Notes: generated by a model not told the origin, from the sequence alone. 64,000 bases of DNA from Cyanobium sp. (GCA_040399505.1 JBBARZ010000002.1:18219-82218), one strand, 5' to 3'; shown: positions 30,931 to 41,082, counted from the first letter of the stretch. Numbers and translations are program-made.

Positions 30931-32289
30931 GTGAATTACTGGCAGGTTGGGCCCTATCTGCTGAGCCATGACGGCGTTCTCCGTTTGGGAACCGAGGTGG
31001 TTCCCTTGAGTCCTTTGCAGCGCAAACTGCTGTTGTGCTTTGTGGGGCAAGCTGGGCAGCTGATTGAACGTTCCCAACTGTTTGAGCAGGTATGGGGACA
31101 TCACCATGTCAGTGCTGTCAGCTTGGCTCGTGCTGTCCATAGCCTGCGAAAGGTTTTCGATCGGGGCCCCCTCGGAAGCTCAGTGATCCGCACCACCTAC
31201 GGCAGTGGGTATGTGTTTTCCGCTCCAGTGATGGTGATTCCCGCGGAGAAGGAATCCGGCGAGAACTACAAGCTCACCACCCCATGCCCCATTGCCCTCG
31301 AGTACTACTTCGAGGCAAGAGTGGCCTCCCGCCATTTTGATCCCCAACAGCTTGAGCGCGCCCATGACATGCTTCAGCGCTGTCTTGAGAAATCGCCGGA
31401 GTTCTCTGAAGCGCTCCTAGCCCTTGTTGCCGTGCAGCTCAACCGCTGCCGCTGGGGATTGCTGGAGAGTCAGGCCGTGGGCGCGCAGGTGGAGGCCCTG
31501 CTTCACCGTGCCGAACAGCTCAAGGCCCCAACAGCCGATCTCTTTGCCCTCCGAGCGGAGACGATCTCCCTAGTGCACTGGCAACCCGCTTTGGCAGACC
31601 AAACCTTTGCCCCCTGGTTGGCGGAGCAGCTGGGCTATGGAGTTCCCATGCTGAGTTGGGTGCGCCATCTTCTGGCCTGCGGCCGGGCGGAAGAAGGGCT
31701 GAAGTTGTTGGAACCCCAGCTCGATGGCATTCTTCCCATGGGCTGGACCTTGGCTGCCCAACTCACCTTCCAGTTGGGGCAAACCAAGGCAGCTATCGAG
31801 ATGTTGGAGGGCCAACTCCGCATCGATGGCTCCCTCCCCTCCACCCACCTGTTTTTGGCCATGCTTCATGCCCATGCCGAAAATCGGGCAGCGGCTTTGA
31901 AGAGCCTTAGCCTCTGCACCCAGCTTGGGGGGCCTTTCCGAGGCTTTCAAGCGGCAGTGGCCTATGTGTTCGCCAGAGTGGGCCAGGCGGCCAGGGCCGA
32001 AGCCCTTCTGCATCAAGCCAAGGTGAGCGTGAAATCCGGGGGGGTCGGCATGGCGAGTCTTTGGGGGCTCAGCGCCATCGTGCTGGGCCAAAGGGATCTG
32101 GCCAGCCACTTTTTCCAGAAAGCCGTTCAGAAACGCTGTTACCAAGCTCCGTTTCTCGCGCAGAGCCCACTTCTGGGTCCTCACCTCCATGAGCCGGTCG
32201 TCAGCGTTTTCGTTGATCAGATCGCTGAGGCGTTCCCCACTTCCGTCTCAGCTCAAGGGATGTGGCGAAAATTGCCTAGCCCTTGCTGA
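30931..32289 (+). CDS. Transcriptional regulator: OmpR/CadC-type winged-helix DNA-binding domain plus helical TPR-like C-terminal region
   Basis: Trans_reg_C pattern (LSP...KLL.........R.QL...VW.......SL...V..LRK........IRT.YG.GY.F) followed by Ala/Leu-rich helical repeats. Confidence 0.8.
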   Translation: MNYWQVGPYLLSHDGVLRLGTEVVPLSPLQRKLLLCFVGQAGQLIERSQLFEQVWGHHHVSAVSLARAVHSLRKVFDRGPLGSSVIRTTYGSGYVFSAPVMVIPAEKESGENYKLTTPCPIALEYYFEARVASRHFDPQQLERAHDMLQRCLEKSPEFSEALLALVAVQLNRCRWGLLESQAVGAQVEALLHRAEQLKAPTADLFALRAETISLVHWQPALADQTFAPWLAEQLGYGVPMLSWVRHLLACGRAEEGLKLLEPQLDGILPMGWTLAAQLTFQLGQTKAAIEMLEGQLRIDGSLPSTHLFLAMLHAHAENRAAALKSLSLCTQLGGPFRGFQAAVAYVFARVGQAARAEALLHQAKVSVKSGGVGMASLWGLSAIVLGQRDLASHFFQKAVQKRCYQAPFLAQSPLLGPHLHEPVVSVFVDQIAEAFPTSVSAQGMWRKLPSPC

Positions 32290-32303
32290 AAACGGGCCAG
32301 GTC

Positions 32304-32888
32304 TTAAGTGTTTTGGAGGTCTCTCAAGGTTTTGAGCACTTCTTGGCTATGACCAAGAGGCCGGACGGCAACCCAGCGGGCCTGAATCAATCCCTGGGGA
32401 TCAATCAGGAAAGTGTGGCGCAAGGCTGTGCCTGGCAGCCATGAACCGTATTGGCGACAGACCGTTCCACCGGGATCCGACAGGAGGGGATAGGCCAACC
32501 CCTCAGCCCCACAGAAGGAATCGTGGCTATCCACGGAATCCGTGCTAACACCCACCACCTCCGCCTGCATCTGGTGAAATGTGGCGAGATCCCGTTGAAA
32601 GCCCCGGGCCTCCAACGTGCAACCAGACGTGAAGTCCTTTGGGTAGAAGTACAAAACCAGCCAGCGTCCCCGAAAGTCAGACAACGAGAGGGTCACGTCC
32701 CTCGTTGCATTAGTCGGGGAGGATGATGGGGCCACACCTGCCAGCTGAAACGAAGGTGCTGGTGTATCCAGAGGGGGAAGGTCTCCGCCCATGGCCTCAG
32801 CCCTGTTCGGCAAAGGCCAGTCCTCCATCAGAAGGCCCATGGCTGCCACGGCACGGGGCAGGAAATGCAGAAGTGTGCGGCGTTTCAC
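32304..32888 (-). CDS. Peroxiredoxin (BCP/PrxQ) with Tat-like signal
   Basis: LYFYPKDFTSGCTLEA active site; MKRRTLL N-terminus. Confidence 0.9.
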   Translation of the reverse strand: MKRRTLLHFLPRAVAAMGLLMEDWPLPNRAEAMGGDLPPLDTPAPSFQLAGVAPSSSPTNATRDVTLSLSDFRGRWLVLYFYPKDFTSGCTLEARGFQRDLATFHQMQAEVVGVSTDSVDSHDSFCGAEGLAYPLLSDPGGTVCRQYGSWLPGTALRHTFLIDPQGLIQARWVAVRPLGHSQEVLKTLRDLQNT

Positions 32889-32910
32889 AAAGCACAGAAA
32901 CAGTGCTTGC

Positions 32911-33147
32911 TCAGAGACTAGCCAAATTGATGCCCAAGGATTTGGCGTAGGGGCCCAGGCCGCGCTTCTGGATCGTTTTCAGCGTGCGTGTGGACACTCG
33001 AAGGGTGATGAAGCGTTGGCCTTCAGCCCACCAGAGGCGACGTTTCTGCAAATTAACTTGTTGGAGTTTCTTGGTGCGAACGTGGGAATGGCTCACAGCC
33101 ATGCCGTTATTGGCGCGCTGACCGGTGAGAGCACACACGCGTGACAT
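32911..33147 (-). CDS. rpmB: 50S ribosomal protein L28
   Basis: MSRVC.LTG.RANNG..VSHSH.RTKK.Q..NLQ motif. Confidence 0.97.
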   Translation of the reverse strand: MSRVCALTGQRANNGMAVSHSHVRTKKLQQVNLQKRRLWWAEGQRFITLRVSTRTLKTIQKRGLGPYAKSLGINLASL

Positions 33148-33269
33148 GACGTTGAACCTTTTGTTTCTTGGATGACCTTATCAAACAACCGCTCCAACCC
33201 ATGAGATGCAGGGGCAACTGGGGGACCCTGGCCGGGTACCCACAGCTGGCGGAGGAGCGGATTTTGTTG

Positions 33270-35189
33270 TTAAAGCGCTCTTTGCATCAGGCGTCCCATC
33301 AGATCGCTGCTGCGCTGCTGAAAACCAGCCAGCTGATTCGGTTCTAAACCGCCAACGGCCAGACGGGCCATTTCATAAATATGGCGGCTGAGATCATCAG
33401 CGAGTTGCTGGTTGGGAGAGGCCTCGCCGCCCGAGCTGGTGAGAATCGCTCCGCTGGAGAGTTTCATCACGCCTTCCACGAGGGGATGACGGCGGTTGAT
33501 GAGCAACACGTGGTGATCGGGCAGCCCCGGGAGACGCTGTTCCATGAGGGCGCCGAGATCGTTCATCCGACGCATCTGCTCCGGCAAGAGGATGAGAGCA
33601 GCAGGGGCCTCCTCCCCCCGTAGGGCTTGCACCTGTACGGTCACCTTGTCATTGGCGAGGGCGGCGCGAAAGATCTCCCTTAATTTTTCGGCCGCATCCT
33701 TACCGTCCGCGTCCGCCAGCTCCTTGGTGGATTCATGGAGGCTGGCATCCAGCTCCGCATCAACGCGCTGGAATCGCAGCTCGTTGTGCCGGGCTTCAAG
33801 CCAGGGGATGAACTGAGCATCGATGAGAGTATCGGCCAAGAGCACTTCCGCCCCCTGCCCTTTCCAGAGGGCCAGGGCCCCGGCCTGGCCAGCCTCATCC
33901 GTGCAATAGAGGATGCGGGAGTTGGAGGTGTCCTCCAAGCGAGAGCGGTAGCCCGCCAAGGTGGTGAAGGTGCCAAGGGTGCAGCCAATGGGATCCACAG
34001 TGCCTAGGCCTTCTTCGTCCTTCGGCTCTGCTGTAGCCGTAGTGCCATACAGGATAGAGGCCTCCACCTGATCAGCAAATTTGTCATCTTCCATGGCTCC
34101 GATCTTGATGAAAGGCCCAACAGAGTCCCAGATTTCGGCGTAACGCACAGGATCGCTCTGGTGGAGGTCCTTGAGCCTGTCGCCCACTTTTCGTGCCACA
34201 AATGCGCCGATGGAACGAACCCTTCTATCGGTCTGCAGAGCACTGCGGCTCACATTCAGGGGAATGTCCGGTGAATCCAACACACCTCTCAGAGGCAGCA
34301 GGTAGCGGGGCACCACTTCCTTAATGGAGTCGCTGACGAACACCTGGTTGCAATACAACCGAATTTCCCCTTTTTCCCAATCTGCCCTGCCAGAAATTTT
34401 GGGGAAGTAAAGAATCCCTTGCAGACTGTAAGGATAATCTGTATTGAGGTGTACCCAGAGCAAGGGATCCCCTTGGAAGGGGTAGAGATAGCGATAAAAA
34501 TCTATGTAATCTTGATCAGTGAGATCCTTGGCAGAACGGCGCCAGGGAGCATCTTTCTTATTAACGGTTTCTCCTTCAAGCTGCACCTCAACGGGCAGGA
34601 AGTCGCAATAGGTGGTAATCAGATTGCGTAAGCGGGAAGGCTCGAGATACTCCAGCTCCTCCTCTTGCAGGTGAAGGATCACATCCGTTCCCGGAGCGGA
34701 GCGCTCCGCCCCAGAAAGCCTAAAGTTTGGTGAGCCATCACAGCTCCAGCGAATGGCTTGCGCCTCAGGGCGAGCACTGAGGCTGAAGATCTCCACCTGG
34801 GAGGCCACCATGAAGCTGGAGTAGAACCCCAAACCAAAATGGCCGATGATGGCATCGGAAGTCGTTTTATATTTGCTCAGAAATTCTTCGGCGCTGGAGA
34901 AGGCCACCTGATTGATATAGCGCTTCACCTCATCGGCAGTCATGCCGATCCCGTTGTCAGAAATGGTGACTGTCTTCGCTTCGCGATCGATGCGGATACT
35001 GATCAGACCGGTCTCCCCCTCGCTGCAATCTCCGGCCATGGCCGCCATGCGCCGCTTTTGGATGGCATCCACCCCATTGCTGACCAGCTCACGAAGAAAC
35101 ACTTCGTGACCGGAATAAACAGCTTTCTTGATGATGGGGAAAATATTTTCGGTGTGGATCTGAATCTGACCTTCTTCCAAAACCGTCAT
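33270..35189 (-). CDS. htpG: Molecular chaperone HtpG
   Basis: FLRELVSN, DNGIGM, IGHFGLGFYS, DIPLNVSRS motifs; start moved to ATG 35189. Confidence 0.96.
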   Translation of the reverse strand: MTVLEEGQIQIHTENIFPIIKKAVYSGHEVFLRELVSNGVDAIQKRRMAAMAGDCSEGETGLISIRIDREAKTVTISDNGIGMTADEVKRYINQVAFSSAEEFLSKYKTTSDAIIGHFGLGFYSSFMVASQVEIFSLSARPEAQAIRWSCDGSPNFRLSGAERSAPGTDVILHLQEEELEYLEPSRLRNLITTYCDFLPVEVQLEGETVNKKDAPWRRSAKDLTDQDYIDFYRYLYPFQGDPLLWVHLNTDYPYSLQGILYFPKISGRADWEKGEIRLYCNQVFVSDSIKEVVPRYLLPLRGVLDSPDIPLNVSRSALQTDRRVRSIGAFVARKVGDRLKDLHQSDPVRYAEIWDSVGPFIKIGAMEDDKFADQVEASILYGTTATAEPKDEEGLGTVDPIGCTLGTFTTLAGYRSRLEDTSNSRILYCTDEAGQAGALALWKGQGAEVLLADTLIDAQFIPWLEARHNELRFQRVDAELDASLHESTKELADADGKDAAEKLREIFRAALANDKVTVQVQALRGEEAPAALILLPEQMRRMNDLGALMEQRLPGLPDHHVLLINRRHPLVEGVMKLSSGAILTSSGGEASPNQQLADDLSRHIYEMARLAVGGLEPNQLAGFQQRSSDLMGRLMQRAL

Positions 35190-35277
35190 CGAAATCAATG
35201 AATCAACATACATATGTTAAGTCCTTGACCGGTTCTCCTCAACGCCGTACATGGAGGGGTGACCGAACCGATAGCCA

Positions 35278-35502
35278 TCACGAAGAACGCTGGAGTTCTG
35301 GGCGTTCTTCAGGAACAATGGCCCCATTCACGGGGCAAACCTGCAGGCAGATGCCGCAATCGATGCAGGTTTCAAAGTCGATCCAGTAGTACGCCGTGCC
35401 TTTCGCATTAGCCGTTGGGCCGGGATGAATGCAGGCCACCGGGCAGGCATCCACACAATCGGAAACCCCTTCACAAACATCCGTAATGATCGTGTGGGGC
35501 AT
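35278..35502 (-). CDS. Bacterial-type (3Fe-4S/4Fe-4S) ferredoxin
   Basis: CEGVSDCVDACP and CIDCGICLQVCP motifs. Confidence 0.9.
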   Translation of the reverse strand: MPHTIITDVCEGVSDCVDACPVACIHPGPTANAKGTAYYWIDFETCIDCGICLQVCPVNGAIVPEERPELQRSS

Positions 35503-35531
35503 GGCAACGATTTGTGATCGGTGTGAAAATC

Positions 35532-36716
35532 CTAGGGAGGAGGCCCGACCCAGATCACTCCTCGACAGCCCCGCTGCATGGCACGGGTGTGAGCCTCCTC
35601 CTCACTGCCACAGGGCTGGCTGCAGAGTTCAGCCGACTCCCCCTGGGAATGGAGCCATGCCATGCGCTTCAGAGCGGCGGGAAGCGAGCTGGCTTCGGAA
35701 CTGGCGACAAACCAGGGCCCCCCATCAGGCGCTGGTGGGGGCTCTGCAGAGACCAGGTTTTGAAGTGCGGCGATTGAAAAGCCAAATCCGGTGCCGTAAG
35801 CCAGAGCCAGGTCGTCACAGAAACGTGCCATAAGACGGTCGTAGCGTCCACCGCTGGCAATGGCGACAGGGGCCTCTTGCCCTTGGCAGACCAGCTTGAA
35901 CACCAAACCGTCGTACAGATCGAAATGCGGTTGAAAGGTGGGATCAAGTTGGAGGCGGACCGCTCCCGCGTTGGCAAGCGGTTCCACACTGCTTAGCAGG
36001 GTCTCCAGTCTCCCGAGAAGGGGAATCTGTCCCAGCCACTGCTCCAGCTGATAGAGCACGATCCTAGGATCACCTCGCAGCTGGAGCAGGGCCCGCAGGC
36101 GACCCCGAGCCTCTTGCGGGATCGGGAGGGCATCAATCCCCAAGGCATCGAAAGCCGTCAGTCTGTCTCGAGCGATCTCCCGCACGGTCTCCGGAACCAC
36201 CTCCAGCAACGCTCCAAGCAGGGCGTGGTGACCAACCAAGAGGGTGGGCTGGTGGAACGGCTTTAGGCCAAGGCTGGAGACGGCCGTGAGCAACAGATGC
36301 ATCAATTCCATCTCTGCAGCATCGGAGCTCTCCCCCAGGAGCTCTACCCCGCTTTGAAGGGATTCATTGATGCGCAAGTCACCCCCATCCCCCAGAAACG
36401 AGCGAAAGGTGGGGCCACTGGCCCAGAGCCGCAGGGGGCGGGGCCGATGGGCCATGCGGGTGCTGGCTGCACGAGCAATGGAAGCGGTGAGTTCAGGTCT
36501 GAGCCCCAGGGGTGCGTCGGCGACGAGGCGAACCACTTCCCGCTCGGCGATGCCCCCCCCTGCCTCCAGGGTGTCAATCCTCTCGATCGTGGGAGGAGCC
36601 ACCTCCTGATAGCCCCAGCGGCGGTAGACCTCGGCCAGCCGTTCACAGAGCCAGCGCTGGCTTTCCACTTCCCGCGGGTTGAGATCCCGAGCACCAGCAG
36701 CAGGTTGCAGGGCCAT
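35532..36716 (-). CDS. hisZ: ATP phosphoribosyltransferase regulatory subunit
   Basis: QPAAGARDL, LGLRPE.TASIARA, QSGVEL, YDGLVF, GGRYD motifs (HisRS-like). Confidence 0.9.
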   Translation of the reverse strand: MALQPAAGARDLNPREVESQRWLCERLAEVYRRWGYQEVAPPTIERIDTLEAGGGIAEREVVRLVADAPLGLRPELTASIARAASTRMAHRPRPLRLWASGPTFRSFLGDGGDLRINESLQSGVELLGESSDAAEMELMHLLLTAVSSLGLKPFHQPTLLVGHHALLGALLEVVPETVREIARDRLTAFDALGIDALPIPQEARGRLRALLQLRGDPRIVLYQLEQWLGQIPLLGRLETLLSSVEPLANAGAVRLQLDPTFQPHFDLYDGLVFKLVCQGQEAPVAIASGGRYDRLMARFCDDLALAYGTGFGFSIAALQNLVSAEPPPAPDGGPWFVASSEASSLPAALKRMAWLHSQGESAELCSQPCGSEEEAHTRAMQRGCRGVIWVGPPP

Positions 36717-36749
36717 GCAGGAGAACGGACGGCAAACGATGGAGGGATC

Positions 36750-37664
36750 CTATGGAGGGGGATCCATGGCATCGAGTTCGGGGGCGCCGTAGCTCGCCCC
36801 AGGGAGGGGTTGGCAGGCCGCAAGTTCAGTCATCATGGCCTCGTGCAATCCCGGGGCACACGCGATCACCCGACCTGTGCGTAGATCCAGCTCTTCTCCC
36901 CCATAACCGCTCACCACCCCACCGGCCTGCTCCACCAACACCACGCCCGCCACCAGATCCCAGGGAGAGAGACCCCGCTCCCAATAGCCATCGATCGCCC
37001 CAGACGCAACAAAAGCAAGATCCACTGCTGCGGCCCCCGCACGCCGGACCCCGTGGCTACGATGAGTAAATCGTGCAAACTCTGAATAGTTGTTGTCCAA
37101 CCTGGAGATCCGGTCGTAGGCAAAACCGGTGGCCAGGAGGGCATCACTGATCTGGCGGCAATCACTGACTTCAAGGCAGCGATCATTACACCAGGCTCCA
37201 ACAGCGGGCGCGGCCCAGAACAGCTGATCCAGGACAGGCAGCGCAAGAGCTCCAAGCAGGGGTTTCCCCTCAAAGAGCAGCCCCACTGAGGTGCAAAACA
37301 CCGGAAAGCCGTGGGCGTAATTGGTGGTGCCATCCAAGGGATCCACGCACCATTCGAAAGGCCCTTCACCATGGCGGTGTCCGCTCTCCTCGGCCAGAAC
37401 GGAAAAGCTGGGGGTGGCCTCGGCCAAAACGGAAAGAACGGCCTTCTCGGCAGCCAGATCAGCCTCCGTCACGAGATTCCCGGCCTCCCCCTTTTGCTTC
37501 ACCCCTTCCAGGTGGCCAAACATTTCCTTCAGAGGCCTTGCACCAGCCAAGGCAGCAGAGCGGGCGACGCCCAAAAGTTCTTCCAAACGGCCCGACGGCA
37601 AGCTGCTGGCCCTGAAGGCGGCATCGGAAAGGGAACGAGCTGAAGCAGATCGGGACATGGTCAA
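36750..37664 (-). CDS. suhB: Inositol monophosphatase family protein
   Basis: LAEES, W.VDPLDGTTNY, RRAGAAA.DL, PWD..AG motifs. Confidence 0.88.
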   Translation of the reverse strand: MTMSRSASARSLSDAAFRASSLPSGRLEELLGVARSAALAGARPLKEMFGHLEGVKQKGEAGNLVTEADLAAEKAVLSVLAEATPSFSVLAEESGHRHGEGPFEWCVDPLDGTTNYAHGFPVFCTSVGLLFEGKPLLGALALPVLDQLFWAAPAVGAWCNDRCLEVSDCRQISDALLATGFAYDRISRLDNNYSEFARFTHRSHGVRRAGAAAVDLAFVASGAIDGYWERGLSPWDLVAGVVLVEQAGGVVSGYGGEELDLRTGRVIACAPGLHEAMMTELAACQPLPGASYGAPELDAMDPPP

Positions 37665-38029
37665 TCCTCGTCCAAGGGAAGTCCTGCGCGAACGCGACCT
37701 CGGTTGAAGTGGCGGCCGAATTGCAGGTCGTAAACCTCATCTTCATCCTGGGTTTCCACCTCCAGGGGAGCAATGGCCCGAGCCACGCAGAGCAAGCCAT
37801 AGCCGCGATGCCGCAACTCCTTGGAGAGACCGAGGGCTTCGCGATGGTCGATCCGGCCCGAGAGGACACGAACGGCACAGGCCGTGCAGCACCCCTGGCG
37901 GCAGCTGAAGGGGAGGGGGTCACCTTGGGCTTCAAAACTGCGCAGGATGTACTCCCCTTCCCTCACCTCATGGGTGATAACCCGCCCGGCCTGGCGCCAG
38001 AACACCGTGATTGGAAAGGTGCGAGACAT
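37661..38029 (-). CDS. 2Fe-2S ferredoxin
   Basis: LPFSCRQGCCTACA...LLCV plant-type motif; start moved to ATG 38029. Confidence 0.92.
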   Translation of the reverse strand: MSRTFPITVFWRQAGRVITHEVREGEYILRSFEAQGDPLPFSCRQGCCTACAVRVLSGRIDHREALGLSKELRHRGYGLLCVARAIAPLEVETQDEDEVYDLQFGRHFNRGRVRAGLPLDED

Positions 38030-38086
38030 CAGCGTTGGAACCACGTGGCATGCTGCTACATTGCCATTCGGCTGAACACTGCCTCT

Positions 38087-38173
38087 GGAGAGGTGGCCGA
38101 GTGGTCGAAGGCGCAGCACTGGAAATGCTGTATAGGGGCAACTCTATCGAGGGTTCGAATCCCTCCCTCTCCG
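38087..38173 (+). tRNA. tRNA-Ser (GGA)
   Basis: GGAGAGG acceptor stem, GCCGAGTGG D-arm, CAGCA-CTGGAAA-TGCTG anticodon arm, long variable arm, GGTTCGAATCC T-arm. Confidence 0.97.
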
Positions 38174-38179
38174 TTAACC

Positions 38180-38202
38180 CCGGCCTAAGGCCGGTTTTTT
38201 TT
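38180..38202 (+). terminator. Rho-independent terminator after tRNA-Ser
   Basis: CCGGCC-TAA-GGCCGG hairpin followed by T8. Confidence 0.85.
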
Positions 38203-38239
38203 GTAGATGCTCAAAACCATTTGATTTGGGAATACCCGA

Positions 38240-39061
38240 TTAACCGAAGCGACCACTGACGTAATCAAGGGTGGCCTGTTGGGCTGGTGCATTGAAGATT
38301 TTTTCTGTGGAACTGAATTCCACAAGATAACCAATCTTTCCCGTTCCACCTTCCACAGCCTCAGCATTATAGAAGGCCGTCATGTCTGCCACGCGAACAG
38401 CTTGTTGCATGTTGTGCGTCACGATGACAATGGTGTAACTCCGCTTGAGCTCATGCATGGTTTCCTCGATCTTCAAAGTGGAGATGGGATCCAGAGCGGA
38501 GCAGGGCTCATCCATCAGAATCACTTCTGGCTCGGTAGCGATCGCGCGGGCGATGCAAAGCCTTTGTTGCTGTCCGCCAGAGAGAGAAAAACCACTGTCC
38601 TTCAACTTGTCCTTGCACTCTTCCCATACGGCTGCTTTGCGGAGAGATCGTTCAACCAACTCGTCCATATCGCCACGGTAGCCATTGATCCGAGCTCCAA
38701 ACGCGATGTTTTCATAGATGCTCTTAGGGAATGGATTAGGTTTCTGAAACACCATGCCAATTCGTCGTCGCACCTCCACCGGATCCACACGCTTGTCGTA
38801 AAGGTTCTGACCATCAAAAATAACTTTTCCCTTCAACGAACAGCCGGGAATCAGATCATTCATCCGATTCAATGCTCTAAGAACTGTGGACTTGCCGCAG
38901 CCTGAAGGTCCAATAAAGGCTGTCACACCCTTATTCGGAACGTCAAGATACACATTTCGAACAGCCTCAAAACTGCCATAGGAAATCGAAACATTTTGGA
39001 GGGAAATGCAAATCTCAGCTGGAGGAGGAGTAGAGCTCGTGTTGGGATAGGAGTTGATCAT
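38240..39061 (-). CDS. pstB: Phosphate ABC transporter ATP-binding protein
   Basis: [45 protein letters not shown] motifs. Confidence 0.96.
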   Translation of the reverse strand: MINSYPNTSSTPPPAEICISLQNVSISYGSFEAVRNVYLDVPNKGVTAFIGPSGCGKSTVLRALNRMNDLIPGCSLKGKVIFDGQNLYDKRVDPVEVRRRIGMVFQKPNPFPKSIYENIAFGARINGYRGDMDELVERSLRKAAVWEECKDKLKDSGFSLSGGQQQRLCIARAIATEPEVILMDEPCSALDPISTLKIEETMHELKRSYTIVIVTHNMQQAVRVADMTAFYNAEAVEGGTGKIGYLVEFSSTEKIFNAPAQQATLDYVSGRFG

Positions 39062-39121
39062 TTTGTTTTTTGTAAGCAGTGATTAAATAGAAGGTGAACG
39101 AAGTCAATGGAGAAAGGAAAT

Positions 39122-40027
39122 CTAAACCTTCTTCAGACTTGCCAACCAACGGGCAAAGAGATTGGCAAACAATATCATGACTACCAATATAAAAGATGCA
39201 GCCCAAGCCAATTGATTTTGAGGATCATAGGGCATGATTGCAAAGTTAAAGATCAGAACAGACATTGTAGCTATTGGGTTGAAAATTCCTTCCGGCCAGA
39301 ATGGCGAAAACAAGGCTGTGAATATCAACGGTGCCGTTTCTCCTGCCGCTCTCGCGATGGCGAGGACAGATCCTGTCGCGATGGGAGTGAAGGCCGCAGG
39401 CAGGGTGACCTGGGAAATCGTGACAAAGCGAGATGCACCAACCCCATAGGATCCAAGACGAAGATCGTTAGGAACAAGCCTCAAACCCTCGTCTGTGGTT
39501 TTAATTACCGTAGGGAGCATCAGAATGGAGAGGGCTATAGCCCCAGCTAGGGCACTATAACTTTGGCCAAAAAACAGCCTTGTAGCAACAATCGCGCCAA
39601 AAACGAACACGCCACTGATGATTGAGGGCACTCCGGCGAGCACATCATTGCCAAAGCGAACAAAGCGTGAAAACCAACCTCCCTTTTGCGCATACTCCGC
39701 AAGATAGATACCACCTCCAATGCCAATAGGCAGAGCGATGAGAGAGGCTAAGAGAGTCACAATAAACGTACCCAAGATAGCATTACCTATGCCTCCGCCA
39801 TCGCTACCTGGAGCAGGAGGGAGCTGGGCAAACAGACCGGGGCGGATCAGGCTGCCACCTTTAAAGAGTACATATGCCAACACTAAAAAAAGAGGAAGTA
39901 CAGCTATGACTGCAAAGGCTCCCGAGATGGCATTGAACAGAACACTGAATCGATTACGGGCCAAGCTAGGGTCGAAGAAGAGATTGCTCTGTGTAGCCAC
40001 AGATGGCGTCGATGTTGAGTAAGTCAT
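39122..40027 (-). CDS. pstA: Phosphate ABC transporter permease PstA
   Basis: GGGIGNAI.GT, LAGVPSII.G, ARAAGETAPL motifs; start moved to ATG 40027. Confidence 0.95.
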   Translation of the reverse strand: MTYSTSTPSVATQSNLFFDPSLARNRFSVLFNAISGAFAVIAVLPLFLVLAYVLFKGGSLIRPGLFAQLPPAPGSDGGGIGNAILGTFIVTLLASLIALPIGIGGGIYLAEYAQKGGWFSRFVRFGNDVLAGVPSIISGVFVFGAIVATRLFFGQSYSALAGAIALSILMLPTVIKTTDEGLRLVPNDLRLGSYGVGASRFVTISQVTLPAAFTPIATGSVLAIARAAGETAPLIFTALFSPFWPEGIFNPIATMSVLIFNFAIMPYDPQNQLAWAASFILVVMILFANLFARWLASLKKV

Positions 40028-40050
40028 AGGTGAAGAAATGAAATAGGGAA

Positions 40051-41004
40051 TTAGTACTGAAGGCTCAAACGCTTCACAATCCACTGGGCCAACACATTCA
40101 CAATAAATGTAAGGAGCATTAAAACAAGCGCGGCATACATTAAGGCTGATACCTGGATGCCATCTGCTTCCCCGAACTGATTAGCCAACATAGAAGAGAT
40201 CGTATTTCCTGGCGCAAGAAGTGATGGGCTAAAATTCATTGAATTTCCGATAATCATTGTCACAGCCATGGTTTCTCCCATGGCCCTACCCAGTGCAAGC
40301 ATCACGCCTCCCATGATGGCGGAGATTGCTGCAGGTAGGATGATATTAAAAATAGCTCCCCACCTTGTCGTTCCAACTCCATAAGCTCCTTGCCGAAGTT
40401 CAATCGGAACCTGGTTGAGAGCATCTCTAGCAATCGCGGTGATGATGGGTAAGGTCATCACAACAAGAATCAAAATGGCTGGAGCCATGCCTGGGCCTTG
40501 GGGGACACTCCCAAAAAGGGGCAACCAGCCGAAGCGATCATTGAGAAACTGTAGAAACGGTCGGATGGCAGGCTCCATCACAAATATCGCCCAAAGGCCT
40601 AAAACCACAGAGGGAATGGCAGCAAGAAGCTCGACCATCACTCCTATCACCTTGCGGACGGAGAGGGGCAGCAAATCTTCAGTGATAAATATGGCTGTTC
40701 CAACACCCAGGGGGATAGCTAGTAGGAGCGCAAACAAAGAGGAAACAAGCGTGCCGTAAATGGCCGTGAAGGCACCATATTTTTCGTTAACCGGGTCCCA
40801 AGCGGACGTGGTGAGAAACTTCCAACCAAAGGTTCGAATTGCCTCCCAGGCACCCGTGAGCACAACGGCAAAAATACCCAATAGGATCAGAGCCACCATG
40901 GCGGCCAGCAAAACCGTAAGCTGGCGGAAGCCATTGTCCACAAGCTTTTCGCTGGTGGGTCTGCGCCGCAGGGTGAAGGCCTCAGTTCTGGAATCACCTG
41001 TCAT
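40051..41004 (-). CDS. pstC: Phosphate ABC transporter permease PstC
   Basis: WDP....YG....IYGTL, ELLAAIPSVV.GLW, LGRAMGETMAV motifs. Confidence 0.95.
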   Translation of the reverse strand: MTGDSRTEAFTLRRRPTSEKLVDNGFRQLTVLLAAMVALILLGIFAVVLTGAWEAIRTFGWKFLTTSAWDPVNEKYGAFTAIYGTLVSSLFALLLAIPLGVGTAIFITEDLLPLSVRKVIGVMVELLAAIPSVVLGLWAIFVMEPAIRPFLQFLNDRFGWLPLFGSVPQGPGMAPAILILVVMTLPIITAIARDALNQVPIELRQGAYGVGTTRWGAIFNIILPAAISAIMGGVMLALGRAMGETMAVTMIIGNSMNFSPSLLAPGNTISSMLANQFGEADGIQVSALMYAALVLMLLTFIVNVLAQWIVKRLSLQY

Positions 41005-41063
41005 GCAGAGGCTGTCGCAAATCGCTGTTTCTCAAGAGATCCTGACAGCGTCCGGTGCTTTGG

Positions 41064-41082
41064 GGTTTAAGGACGGTTTAAC
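41064..41082 (-). promoter_or_regulatory. Putative Pho box (PhoB/SphR site) upstream of pstC
   Basis: Minus-strand GTTAAACC-N3-CTTAAACC, an 11-bp-period direct repeat resembling the cyanobacterial CTTAACCT Pho-box unit, about 60 bp upstream of pstC. Confidence 0.5.

Noticed and set aside
35190-35277. CIRCE/HrcA operator upstream of htpG (also checked upstream of dnaK)
   Set aside because: No TTAGCACTC-N9-GAGTGCTAA match seen
38087-38240. tRNA-Ser as an integration site for an island
   Set aside because: No integrase and no duplicated tRNA 3' end seen; the terminator directly follows the tRNA
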